This document shows, piece by piece, positions 1 to 14,225 of a DNA stretch of 64,000 nucleotides (positions within the stretch are counted from its first letter, which is position 1; each line of letters opens with the position of its first letter). The stretch comes from Octopus vulgaris. Taxonomy: Eukaryota. A model generated the notes under the pieces. That model did no database searches, was not told where the DNA came from, and saw nothing but the letters and a program-made list of their open reading frames with translations. The stretch lies in the NCBI GenBank assembly GCA_951406725.2, contig OX597838.1:27032001-27096000 (forward strand), written 5' to 3'. Both the position numbers and the translations under genes were made by a program.

Positions 1-987
1 ACTGCACCCGGAACCATATGGTTGGGAAGCAAGCTTTTTACCACACAGCCTCCTGTGCCTAAGTATATATATATATACACACTCACACATACACACACAC
101 ATACACACACACACACCTTTCTTGTATATTTCTAGAACACACCTCACTTTCTCTCTCTTCGTTTGTAAATATGTACGCATGTAATGTTTGTATATGTTGT
201 TTATATTGAAGTGAAATAGATATATATATATATGTATAAACAGACAGGCACAGACGTAAACACAACACACAGACACACAATGTTTAGACAAAGCGATATA
301 GAAATTGGTTGTACAGTGGACGGAAAACAGCAGTGGGTGTGTTAAGTAAAACTGGTCTGGGAGGTACGTAAAAGATAGGGTGGGGGCCTGCAGTTGGCCT
401 AACTGTTGAACAGGAATGAATAATCGACACATACACACATGCGTATATACTTGGACATGTGTATGCAGACATACATGTACATACGTATATGTATGCACAC
501 ACATACACACACACACAAATGGAAATGTACATGTATATACACATACACACACCTATACGTATATACATACATATAGACACATACACACAAATGGAAATGT
601 ACATGCATATACACACACACATACATGCACACATACATACATACATACATACATACATACATACACACATGTATATACATGTATACGGACATACACGTAC
701 AGACACGTATGCATGCAAACAGACAAATGGAAGTGTACATGTGTACACACATACATACACATGCACATACATACATACATTCATACACACGCACATACAT
801 ACATACATATATACATGCATACATATATACACATATACGTACATACATTCATACATATGTACATATATACATACATTTAAATATATTTAGATATATATGA
901 GCGTGTCTAGACATGCAACTTAGATTCGAACTCACAACCTCACGATCGTAAGCTTTACGCTCTAACCACTGAGTCATGCGCCTTCAC

Positions 988-1038
<51 letters not shown>

Positions 1039-1557
1039 CTATGTTTGTCCCTCCAACATCGCTTGACAACCAACGCTGGTGTGTTTATGTCCCTGTAACT
1101 TAGCGGTTCGGCAAAAGAGACTGATAGAATAAGTACTAGGCGTACAAAGAATAAGTCCTGGGGTCGATTTGTTCAGCTAAAGGCGGTGCTCCAGCATGGC
1201 TGCAGTCAAATGACTGAAACGAACAAAATAGAATAAAAGAAATGTATTTAAGGTTAGCAGACAAGGAATGCTGCTCAAGAAGCTGCCTTCCAAGTCTTAT
1301 GATGTTATCAACCTGATGTATGCAAATTTGGTCAAGGGATGTAACTGTATGTATGTAGTGAATCCGAACAAGGAAGAACGAACAAGAAAAAACAATAATG
1401 CGAGGACACGGTACAAGTGCTGTATTATAAGACGCTCAGGAAAGGAAGGATGTACGTATGCATGTGTCTGTGTATGTATGCATGAATGAATGTATGTATG
1501 AATGTATGTATGAATGTATGTATGTATGTATGTATATATTATGTGTGTATGTATATA

Positions 1558-1770
1558 TATTTCTTTACTACCCACAAGGGGCTAAACAAGGACAGACAAA
1601 CGGATTAAGTTGATTACATCGACCCCAGTGCGTAACTGGTACTTAATTTATTGACCCTGAAAGGATGAAAGGCAAAGTCGACCTCGGCGGAATTTGAACT
1701 CAGAACGTAACGGCAGACGAAATACGGCTACGCATTTCGCCCGGCGTGCTAACAGTTCTGCCAGCTCGCC
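1558..1770 (-). mobile_element. SINE family B (GGCGAGCTGGCAGAA head; GCCTTTCATCCTTTCGGGGTCGATAAATTAAGTACCAG core)
   Basis: Recurs at 23882-24087(+), 25050-25340(+), 25722-25953(-), 42681-42903(-), 50526-50945(+) and 59688-60280(-). Confidence 0.85.
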
Positions 1771-1887
1771 GTGTGTATGTATATATTTTAATGTTTCACT
1801 TTGGTATAGTGATGCTAACAACCTGGTGTAAAGGACTGAATATACATATGTTTCAGAAAAAAAGTGTTGAGTACAGAACATAATATC

Positions 1888-2148
1888 AAATTAAATTTAT
1901 GAGAAAGGAACAGGAATTCATGCAGTGAGCTTCATTAGCTTACAGCTGTTTCTGCTATAAGACATTGTGGACTCAGAGCTGAGTACTTTTGCATCACCAT
2001 ATAACTTCCTTGAATTTTAGGAGCTTCAAGGAAGGTATAAGTTAATGCACAAGCACTCAGCTCTGAGTGCACTGCATCATATAGCAGAAACAGCTATTAG
2101 CTAATGAAGGTCATTGCATAATTTCTTACTTCTCTGTCATTTATTTAA
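1888..2148. repeat. Degenerate foldback (inverted repeat with arms of about 125 bp)
   Basis: CTTCATTAGCTTACAGCTGTTTCTGCTATA mirrors TATAGCAGAAACAGCTATTAGCTAATGAAG, around a centre CTTCCTTGAA/TTCAAGGAAG. Confidence 0.8.
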
Positions 2149-4343
2149 ATGTGTGTGTGTGTGTGTGTGTGTGTGAGGGCACATGGCCTAATGGTTAGTG
2201 TGATGGACTCAACATTGTGAGATTGTGGTTTCAATTCTTGGACTGGGTGGTGAGTTGTGTTCTTGAGCAAGACACTTCATCTCATTTTGCTCTGCAATCA
2301 CTTCAATGCCTGACCCATGGCACACCATGCTGGTCGTTTAGCAAAGACTGTACACTCATATGTCATCTTTGTTGGGAGAGTCCAACGAGGCAGGCTTCTT
2401 TCAGATTCTGTTCACAAGGCTTGCTCTCAGGGCTTAGTCACAATGCTTCGGCTGGCCCTGAGCCAAGGGTGCCATGAAGTGGAACTGAACCCAAGATCAT
2501 GTGGTTGGGAGGTGAATTTCTCACCACACTCCCACCCCAGTACTTATAATCAATGTGGTGTTATGAACCAGGCTGTGTTGTAGGGAAGGACCGGAAGTGA
2601 GGGAGTACGCATGTCCTGTTGGAAGTGGGGCCTGTAGGTCCCACTGGAAGGGCTGTGGTCAGCATGCGGGGTCGGCAAGGCGTGAGTGGTCAGTTGGCAG
2701 TTGACAGCATATGAGAGCAGACTTGTTAGAATGGTACGGCAGCAGACAGAGCACATGGATGTTGTGAGTGACCCTTCCAGGTAAGACTGCAATCCGCTCT
2801 CTGCTTCCGCCTTTTCCTCCTTCACATCACCATCAAGAACACAGATGGAGGATTACATTCTTGACCTAGTTTTGACTCCCGGTTGCAATTCTTTCACTTC
2901 GATTATACTTTTAGAATTATACACCCTGAAGGTTACTAGTGATTTCACCTCTTGTTTCACGCTTGACCAGAGACAGTAATTGAGCAACAAGCCAGGTGTA
3001 TCCTCTTTCAATATGTTTTAAGAGAACAATAACAAGCTGACCAGTATGGAAATTGACCCATCATTAGTCTTCAACATTGTGAACAAGAACAATAGCAGGA
3101 TCATTATCAGCAGCAGTGATGAACTAATGAAAGGTTGTCCACAGATGTGGTCACACAAGCAGCTAGAAATAGCTGCTAAATGCCCTTCAAATCATGACTT
3201 AGTCATAAAGAAAATGAAAAAATATTTTATGATAAAGACAGAAAAATTTATAAACACCACCCACACATATGCACATACCTATACATACATACATACAAAT
3301 ATATACATATATGCTTAAATATGACACACACACACACATTCATACATAGATACATAAACACATGCATACATACATACATACATACATACACACATAATGC
3401 ATACATAGATTCATACATTCCTATACACATACATACACACATACATACATATACATATATGTATATGTGTGTGTGTGTCTATAAACATATATAAACATAT
3501 ACATATGTGTGCATGCATGTGTATACACTACAGTACATTTGCCTACGATTACCTTGGAGTACAAGTAAACTGAACTTGTGATTATGATTCATATTTTTTA
3601 TACTTCACTCTATGAGTCATTAGCTGTTGCTCACCGATTCAGTGAGCAGAAGAGAAAATAATTTGAACAACAAATAAACATGGTGAGAGAAAAACACAAT
3701 ATTGCTATTGGTAGATGACTAGTATGATGCTTACGTCACCTACCTGGTCATTAAGTAAGGGAGATAACTCTAGGCATGTTCACATTGTCTGGCCTCATTA
3801 GCAGAATCTAGTACCTCTGTGCTTTATCTTACCTTTTACATTTTTGATTTTTGTGGGAGGGTGCTGTGCCTTTGACATTTGCGGGTCCTCCAAGACTAGC
3901 AAGTTTGATGTGTATCAATATTCTATTTGAAATATTGCAGGTCAACACCTGCTGGAAGGGTTAGGGTTAGGGTTAGGAAGATTTCAGGGGATGACATATT
4001 TGTGAAGGGGGAATGGATATAGTTGTTAGTCTTGGGCTGTGAGGATTGGATCCACCAAGGGTAATGAGAGGCAGAAAGACAAAGGGGTCATGGGTATTTG
4101 AATGGAGGATGTATAAGGCCAGCCAGCCAGCTTCAAGGAACAGAGGCCATTGTAGTAGAGATAGAAATACACAGGGAGTGGACATTGCATGTCGGTGAGC
4201 ATGTCTGTTAAAGACTAAATTCCAGTTTGTTGATGGCCCCTTCTCTGGATGCTTGGATAAGGGAGCAACACTCTGTGAAGGGCCTCACTTAAACCTTGAA
4301 GTAGTGTAGCTGTTAGGAGCTGAAATATATTCTGACCCTAAAT

Positions 4344-4620
4344 AGAGCTATCTTAAGGCATGGACACACTGGGAATTTTCCTGGGATCTCACATGTCTAG
4401 GGGCCCAACTCTGATCTATGTCTGTTGTGTTTGGCTGTCAATAAATAAATACTATAGGGCCCAGTGCAGTGGTTTGCCCAAGGGAGGGAGTTCATATGTC
4501 TAGGGGCCCAGTTCCTATCTATGTATGCTGTGACTTGCTGTCAATAAACAATTAAATAAAAACTATAGGGCCCAGTGCATTAATTTGCCTAGGGGTCTCT
4601 AAAGCTTCTGAGATTGCCCT
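4344..4620. mobile_element. Possible PIF/Harbinger-like MITE with an internal duplication of about 105 bp
   Basis: Degenerate TIRs AGAGCTATCTTA / TGAGATTGCCCT and two TAGGGGCCC..TGTCAATAAA..TAGGGCCCAGTGCA units. Confidence 0.4.
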
Positions 4621-5115
4621 GGCCCAAAGATAAGGGCTAGTCTCCAGGATGAAATCCTAACTATGCTAATGATGTGATTTCACCAGGTGAGATCCTTGGT
4701 GACAACAAGGCCCAGCATTTGGAGCAATAGTGAAGGAGGGCTTTAGCTGAGTGTTAGTCCTGTTTAGCTGGGGTGGAGTATGAAGTGGAAGGGTGGTGTC
4801 CTAAAATTTGTTGAATTAGTTGTCAATGAGTCACTGTGTAAATGTAGGGAAATGTAATAATTATTCGCCTGGGAAAATACAATTGTTTAGAAATGAAATA
4901 GTTGAGTGAAATTAGGTAAAATGTTTAGACTGTAAGACATGAGAAACAATGAATAAGTGGGCGGTGGAGTATTTACTGTAGGGTGACTTTATTATTGAAA
5001 GTTAAGCGAGAAACTTATATAGGTGGTGAGTAAAATATATGACTAGACTGTAATTAAGACGATGACAATAAGAGTAGTAGTAGCAACAGCAGCAGAAATA
5101 ATAATAATAATAATA

Positions 5116-5182
<67 letters not shown>

Positions 5183-5202
5183 GAAGAAGAAGAAGAAGAA
5201 GA

Positions 5203-5700
5203 AGTGTTATCATGTACATTGTTTTGTCTTGGTATAAAAGATGGGCTACAGCAAATATTCTGCTCAATACCACAGATTTGCCTGTCAGTTGTTTGACCTT
5301 AACCAGTTGAGCATGTCCCTTAGTGGCTGACGATATGTGCATCTCTGATCACGAGCAGAAGTAGTGGGGGAGCATCATAGCCATGTGTTGAGAGGGATTC
5401 TTTGGGGTTTGAATAGTTCACCTCTGGAAACATGGGTGATTCTTTCAACATCCTTAAACAACCCTTATTCAGGGACCGTTTGAGCGGGATGGGCTACTCA
5501 ACCTGAAGAAAATTCTAACTGGGCCCCACCTGCAAGGTCATGCGCTGTTTATCTTGATATGAGATCACCATGTCGCGCACATATGGTTGTGATGCATGTG
5601 CCTGGTGTACCCTTATCAGACGGGTAGTCATGATGAGTATATTGGGCTTCGTATATTTTACCGCAGTGTCACTTTGATGGCATGAACTGCTCTCTCACTC
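5203..5700 (+). mobile_element. Retroelement of about 500 bp ending in (AAT)n (family D)
   Basis: Reverse complement of 15209-15763, ending CTCTCACTC-(AAT)n. Fragments also occur at 55640-55945. Confidence 0.8.
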
Positions 5701-5750
<50 letters not shown>

Positions 5751-6899
5751 TAATAATGTAAAGTATTGTCTGCCTGAGGTCCTTGTGATTTGACAAACAG
5801 TACAACCTACCCCACACCTGGTAGACACAATATCTTCAATCAACAACCTAACGATATTGTATACTGTGCCATGTCTATAACGATAATGATAATCCTCATC
5901 ATCATCATCATCATCGTTTAACATCCACTTTCCATGCTGGCATGGGTTGGATGATTTGACTGAGGTCTGGCGAACCAGATGGCTGCACCAGACTCCAATC
6001 TGATCTGGCAGAGTTTCTACACAAAAATCTTACAAACAAACAAAAAAAGCAAAAAAAATAAAAGAAGTGGGGAGTGTATTGGGTGGATGGTGTAGTTCTT
6101 TATATACAATAGGAAGGGTTGGTCATGCTTGGAACAGCATTGATCATAGATCTACTCACATTGAGGGTGCCTCTGTGATCGTTCAACCCTCAAGAAATAG
6201 CAGCTAAATTCCTTTGTATTTATCTTCACCAGGTGGGATGGTCATATTTGGAACAGCGTCCAACATAGATCTGCTCACAAGGAAGGTGCCTCTACATGGT
6301 CGCTCAACCTGCTGGAAATAGCAGCCAAATCTGTTCATATCTCACCCTACCAGGTTAGGTTAGGAAAGAACCCGCTGGACAATGTTACCCTGGTTTCCTT
6401 GTGCATAAGAATAAGAATGGGTGGTCACCATTGGAACACCTTTGATCACAAGATCTGCTTGATCATCTGTACTGTCCTGGGGTTAAACACCAGGATCAAA
6501 AACTAAAGGAAGGAACCCCTATATGGTTGCTTGATCTGCTAGTAATTGCAGTTAAATATGAGTATTTCTGCCCTGAGAAAGAAAAAAAGGAAGGACACAT
6601 TAGATAATAGAGACAGTGATGTACAAAAACACTGGATGGAATGGTCATGGCTGGAATGCTTTTGATCATAGATCTGATCAATGAGGGAAAAAATTGATCT
6701 GGAGTTAAACAAGGATGACGATGATGGCAACAACATCAAACCAGGAACTACTGTTGTCTACATTCCAACTTGGACCACCACCACTGCTACCTTTATCATC
6801 ATTTCCTCTCCCCGCATCAAAGCAGCAGCAGCACTGCTGGCACTGGTAGCACCATCACTATGGCCCTCACCAATCCTTGTGGCTTCTGTCACCCCCTCC

Positions 6900-7590
6900 T
6901 CCACCATAGTCTTATGCTAACCCCATCGACATCATCATCATCATCATCACCACCACCACCACCATAGTCATTGGCGTGATCATCATCATCACTGCTACCA
7001 CTACCACCACCATCATCATCACCACCACCGTCGTCATCCTCCTCCTTCTCCTCATCATCATCATCACCACCACCACTACCACTACCACCACGGCAACCAC
7101 TACCACCACCACCATGGTCATTGGCGCGATCATCATCACTGCTACCACTACCACCACCATCATCATCACCACTACCACCATCGTCATCCTCATCCCCCTC
7201 ATCATCATCATCACCACTACCACCACCACCACCACCACCACCAGTACCACTACCATAACCCCCAATACTATAACCACCACGACCAAAACCACCACCATCA
7301 TCACCCACAAACACCATCATCACTACAACCTTAACCACCACCACCATCACCATAACCACTACCACTGCGGCGACTGCCAACACCACCATTACCACCATAA
7401 CCGCCACCATGATAACCACCACCACCACCACAGCCGATGCTACCACCACCACTGCTGCTGCTGTTGCCACTGCTACTGCTACCATCACCATCACCAACAA
7501 CACAACCACCACCACCACTACCACCACCACCAGAACCGCCACAACTGCTGCGACTGCCAACACCACCACCAGCACCACCACAACCATGAG
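6900..7590. repeat. (CAC/CAT)n low-complexity tract with a 150-bp internal duplication
   Basis: ACCATrGTCATTGGCGyGATCATCATC occurs at 6961 and 7111. Confidence 0.85.
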
Positions 7591-8339
7591 GACTTGCATG
7601 TCAGTAAGAATAAAAAAAACCCTTTATGGCAGGGTTGAAGGTGAAGGGTGATGGAGGGGAGAAGTTCAGGGGTCAGGGGTCAGGGAGGAGTGGATGACAG
7701 GGTGGCAGGAAGGTAACACCCAGATAACTAAATTCTGGAGCTGACTTTAATAACAATATTTGAACCACACCCAAACATGTTGGTGGGGTGGTTGGGACGG
7801 GGAGGGAGGTCTAGGGTTTTGTGAGATGTACACACACACACACACACACATGCACACACACAAACATCACATACAAGTATACACATGCCATGCGTACACA
7901 TGCAAACTTATATAAGCATACACACACATATAAACACACACACATATACACACACACATATACACACATACAAGTATCTCTATCTTTCTCTCTCCCTTTC
8001 TCTCTCTCTATATATATATAGATAGATAGATATACATACATACACACACATGCATATATACAGTTGTATATATATTCATACATATATACATACGCATACA
8101 CTCTTATAACCACATATACCATATATAACAGACATACATGCACACATTAACACACACATACCCATATGTTCACATGCATAAAAAAATGCACACGTCTACA
8201 TATAGGAACATACACACATATAGATATATATATATATATACAGACACACACACACACACAACTGGTACCAGTAATACTACTGTGGGAGAAGAAGAATCTT
8301 GTCTGTTATCTTTTATGTAATTGCTAACCTTTTATTCTG

Positions 8340-8360
8340 TGTGTGTGTGTTGTGTGTGTG

Positions 8361-8397
<37 letters not shown>

Positions 8398-8518
8398 GTG
8401 TGTGTTGTGTATGTGCTGTGTGTGTGTTGTGTGTGTGTGTTGTGTGTGTGTGTGTGTTGTGTGTGTGTATGTGTTTGTGTGTTGTGTGTGTGTGTGTGTG
8501 TGTTTGTATGTGTGTGTG

Positions 8519-8582
<64 letters not shown>

Positions 8583-8753
8583 TTGTGTGTTGTGTGTGTG
8601 TGTGTGTGTTTGTATGTGTTTGTGCGTGTGTGTGTATTGTGTGTGTTGTGTGTGTGTGAGTGTTGCGTGTGCTGTGTGTTGTGTGTGTGTTGTGTGTGTG
8701 TGTGCTGTGTGTGTGTTGTGCATGTGTTGTGTGTGTGTGTTTGTGTGTGTGTG

Positions 8754-8794
<41 letters not shown>

Positions 8795-8885
8795 GTGTGT
8801 GTGTGTGTGTTGTGTGTGTGTGTGCTGTGTGTTGTGTGTGTGTGTGTGTGTGTTGTGTGTGTGTTGTGTGTGTGTGTTGTGTTTG
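8340..8885. repeat. Interrupted (TG)n tract
   Basis: Direct reading. Confidence 0.95.
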
Positions 8886-9642
8886 TAGTCTTATAATTTT
8901 TTATTCTTTTACTTGACTGTGACCATGCTGGGGCACCACCTTGAAGAATTTTTAGTTGAAAGAAATGACCCCCTACCCCACCCCGCACCCAGTACTTAAG
9001 TTTCTTGCTAAACCTGGTACTTATTCTATCGACCTCTTTCGCTGAACTGCTAAGTTACGGGGATGTAAGCACACCAACACCAGTTGTCAAGTGGTGGTAG
9101 TGGCGGACAAACTCACACACACACACACACATACACACACACACACGACAGGCTTCTTTCAGTTTCCATCTCCCAAAATCCACTCACAAGGCTTTGGTTG
9201 GCCCAAGGCTATAATAAAAGACACTTGCCCAAGGTGCCACACTGTGGGACTGAACCAGGAACCATGTGGTTGGGAAGCGAGCTTCTTCCCATACAACCAC
9301 ATCTCAAAAGCTTGTTTACAAAATCTTCCCACGTTCCAAAAAGCTATTACTTAGCATTAAAACTGTCAGTACTTGCTGTTGGTGTGCCACTTAGTTTAAT
9401 AGTACAGAGCACTTAGCCAGGATCAGGGAGGTACATGGTTCAGTTCAAGGTAGCTTCCTCCAGGCAACCTTTTTTTTCCATGTTCTAAGGGCTAAATGCT
9501 TAATGTTTCTCAGCTGTTTTACAGCTATGTTGCATTTGACACTTATTTTCTTGTCTCTAATATATATATATATAAAATATTAGAAAAAAAAAACACCTTT
9601 TATCAATTCAAAATGAATAATTAAATTACATCATCTAGAAAA

Positions 9643-10029
9643 TCTTTATATATAAAAGTGAAGTTGTGTGTCTGTCTCCTACGATTTAGATTCCTAACTA
9701 CTCCCACATTTTGCGGTGCAGTTTAACCAAAACCGGATATCTTATAGTCGTGATTCCTATCGAGCCCTTCTGGGTATTAGCGCGCGTCTATGATGAGTCT
9801 ACGATTTAAAAAATAATTTACCATCATTTTTTTCCATTTTCATGCATATTTTTTAAAGGGAAGTAACTCTCTAAAAATGTCTACGATGAGTCAACGATTT
9901 AAAAAAATTTACCATCATATTTTTTCCATTTTTAATGCATTTTTTTGCTATTTTTTGGCTATAACTCTCTAAAAATGCTGTATAGTTATTTCCCTTACAA
10001 ATCCGAGCAACGCCGGGCGATACTGCTAG
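9643..10029 (+). mobile_element. Non-autonomous Helitron
   Basis: A|TCTTTATATATAAAA 5' end, subterminal hairpin CCGAGCAACGCCGGG, and CTAG|T 3' end. Confidence 0.8.
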
Positions 10030-10371
10030 TATATATATATATATAAAATATTAGAAAAAAAACACCTTTTATCAATTCAAAATGAATAATTAAATTACAC
10101 CATCTAGAAAATTACATATAAAATTAAAATAACAATTAAAAAGTAAAGATTTACTTTTTAATTGTTATTTTAATTTTAGCTTTTCTATTATATGTAATTT
10201 TCTAGATGGTGTAATTTAATTATTCATTTTGAATTGATAAAAGGTGTTTTTTTTCTAATATCTTATATATATTATATTGTGTGGAATCTGATTTAGTATT
10301 TCTAAATTGAATTATTTTTCCTTGTAAGTTTGGATTTTATTCCCTCAAATAATCATTATTATATATATATA

Positions 10372-10885
10372 CTAGCAGTATCGCCTGGCGTTGCTCGGGT
10401 TTGTAAGGGAAATAACTATATAAGCATTTTTAGAGAGTTACTTCCTTTATAGATGCCAATTCGGGCTTTCTTAGCCATTTCTGTTTTGGTGTCTTCAAGC
10501 CATGAAGTCGTTGTTCTAAAAGAACGCTGGTCTCCTTGACAACGCATTACGACGTTGATTTCCTTAAACTCCCTTCCCCACAGCTTCACGGGGGAGGGAA
10601 GAAGGGGGAGAAGCAAACACAGGTGCAGGTGTTTGAGCGTGGACGCCAACTCCACCGCCATCGACACACGAAAAATTATGCATTAAAATGGAATAAAAAA
10701 TGATGTTAAATTATTTTTAAAATCGTAGACTCATCGTAGACGCGCGCTAATAGCCAGACGGGCTTGATATTAATCACGACTATAAGATACCCGAATTTGG
10801 TTAAACTGCACCGCAAAATGTGGGAGTAGTTAGGAATCTAAATCGAAGGGGACAGACACTCACACAACTACAGTTTTATATATAT
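10372..10885 (-). mobile_element. Non-autonomous Helitron (same family, longer variant)
   Basis: Reverse-complement CTAG end plus hairpin at 10372. The body is nearly identical to 13713-14225. Confidence 0.8.
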
Positions 10886-11039
10886 TTGACCGGGGTCTGG
10901 GAAGCCAGGAGGCTGCGCCAGGCTCCAGTCTGATCTGGCAGTGTTTCTACATCTGGATATGCCTGAGTGAGAAATTTGAAAAATGAGACCAGAAGAATAT
11001 ACATACATATGTACACATACATAAATGCATACATGCATT

Positions 11040-11068
11040 CCTACATAAATACATTCATGCATACATAC

Positions 11069-11099
<31 letters not shown>

Positions 11100-12600
11100 C
11101 ATACATACATACCATACATACCATACATACATACATACATACATACCTACATACATACATACATACATACATACATACCATACATACCATACATACATAC
11201 ATACATACATACATACATACATACATACCATACATACATACATACATACATACATACATACATACCATACATACCATACATGCATACCATACATACATAC
11301 CATACATACATACATACCATACATACATACATACATACATACATACATACATACATACATACCATACATACCATACATACATACATACCATACATACATA
11401 CCATACATACATACATACCATACATACATACATACATACATACATACATACATACATACATACATACATACATACATACATACATACCATACATACATAC
11501 ATACATACCATACATACATACATACCATACATACATACCATACATACATACCATACATACATACATACATACCATGCATACATACATACATACATACATA
11601 CATACATACCATACATACATACCATACATACATACCATACATACATACATACCATACATACATACATACATACATACATACATACATACATACATACATA
11701 CATACATACATACATACATACATACATACATACATACATACATACATACATACATACATACATACATACATACATACATACATACATACATACATACATA
11801 CATACATACATACATACATACATACATACATACATACATACATACATACATACATACATGCATGCATACATACATACATACCATACATACATACATACAT
11901 ACATACATACATACATACATACATACATACATACATACATACATACATACATACATGCATGCATGCATACATACATACCATACATACATACATACATACA
12001 TACATACATACCATACATACATACATACATACATACATACCATACATACATACATACATACATACATACATACATACATACCATACATACATACATACAT
12101 ACATACCATACATACCATACATACATACCATACATACATACCATACATACATACATACCATACATACCATACATACATACATACCATACATAACATACAT
12201 ACATACATACATACATACATACATACCTACATACATACATACATACATACATACATACATACATACCATACATACCATACATACATACATACATACATAC
12301 ATACATACCATACATACATACATACATACATACATACATACATACATACATACATACATACATACATACATACATACATACATACATACATACATACATA
12401 CATACATACATACATACATACATACATACATACCATACATACATACATACATACATACATACATACATACCATACATACATACATACATACATACATACA
12501 TACATACATACCATACATACATACATACATACATACATACATACATACCATACATACCATACATACATACCATACATACATATATGCATACATACGTACA
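11040..12600. repeat. (CATA)n microsatellite of about 1.55 kb
   Basis: Direct reading, with recurrent CATACCATAC variants. Confidence 0.98.
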
Positions 12601-13228
12601 TAAAAACATGTAGACCAGCATACATGGATCTTTTCAGTTTGAATGGTAGTTTTTAAAAATAATTTCGACATAACTAAACACTTTTAAACTTCGTATACTG
12701 ATGCACATACCTGCATCATGCATGTACACACACACCTGCACACACAAGTGCTACACAGACACATACATGCACATACGCATGTACACACATATATTCACAT
12801 GCATGTATACACACACACATGCACGCACACATGAGTGTACATGCAGACATGTATACATACATTACACACACCCATGCACACACACATGCATACACATACA
12901 CACATGCATCATGCATACACACACACATGCACATACACACATGCACACATACATGCATACATACACATGCACATACACATGCTTACACACACATGCTCTT
13001 ACAAACATGCACATACACATGCTTACACACACACACATGCACATACACACATGCACACATACATGCATACATACACATGCACATACACATGCTTACACAC
13101 ACATGCTCTTACAAACATGCACATACACATGCTTACACACACACACATGCACATACACATGTACACACACATTCACACACACGTGTACATCCATACATAC
13201 GCACACACACACACACCCATGCATGCAC

Positions 13229-13281
<53 letters not shown>

Positions 13282-13353
13282 TCTAAAGTAGAAAGTCAAC
13301 AAGAAATATACAAGAACATATATGAAAACAACAACAACAACAATAGCAGCAGC

Positions 13354-13387
<34 letters not shown>

Positions 13388-13712
13388 GCAATTCTAAAGC
13401 TTAAAAGAAACCAGCTTACGTGTTGTAATAAATAAATGATAATGAAATTTTATCATTAGGACTGGAACTGGATAGTTTCAAAGTGACATAAACTTATGAC
13501 AAATATTGCAACACCGCCCTGGGTGAGTAAATGGAGATAGCATGGTGGTGGTGGCGGTGGGAGGGGGGGAAAGTAGAGAGATAGAGAGAGTGTGAAGGAG
13601 GGAGGGAGGGAGAAATAGAGTTATTAAGATAGCTAGAGAGGTTGAGGATCAGACGGAATGGAGGTGGAGGGAGAGGAATAAAGTGATAAGTACATATACA
13701 TATATATATATA

Positions 13713-14225
13713 CTAGCAGTATCGCCCGGCGTTGCTCGGGTTTGTAAGGGAAATAACTATATAAGCATTTTTAGAGAGTTACTTCCCTTATAGATGCCAA
13801 TTCGGTCTTTCTTAGCCATTTCTGTTTTGGTGTCTTCAAGCCATGAAGTCGTTGTTCTAAAAGAACGCTGGTCTCCTTGACAACGCTTTACAACGTTGAT
13901 TTCCTTACACTCCCTTCCCCACAGCTTCACGAGGGAGGGAAGAAGGGGGAGAAGCAAACAGGTGCAGGTGTGACCATGGACGCCAACTCCGCCGCCATCA
14001 AGACACGAAAAATTATGCATTAAAATGGAATAAAAAATGATGTTAAATTATTTTTTAAATCGTAGACTCATCGTAGACGCGCGCTAATACTCAGACGGGC
14101 TCGATATGAATCACGACTATAAGACACCCGAATTTGGTTAAACTGCACCGCAAAATGTGGGAGTAGTTAGGAATCTAAATCGAAGGGGACAGACACTCAC
14201 ACAACTACAGTTTTATATATATAGA
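13713..14225 (-). mobile_element. Non-autonomous Helitron
   Basis: Intact termini on the minus strand (A|TCTATATATATAAAACTG ... hairpin ... CTAG|T), inserted in (TA)n. Confidence 0.85.

Noticed and set aside
2550-2825. 91-aa minus-strand ORF in GC-richer sequence
   Set aside because: No recognisable motif or clear splice signals; probably a decayed retroelement.
6889-7651. His/Thr/Gly/Asp-rich protein ORFs
   Set aside because: Trinucleotide low-complexity sequence open in most frames, with no convincing splice context.
10967-12671. 400-540 aa ORFs (YIHT / MYVC repeats)
   Set aside because: These are translations of the (CATA)n microsatellite, open in many frames on both strands.
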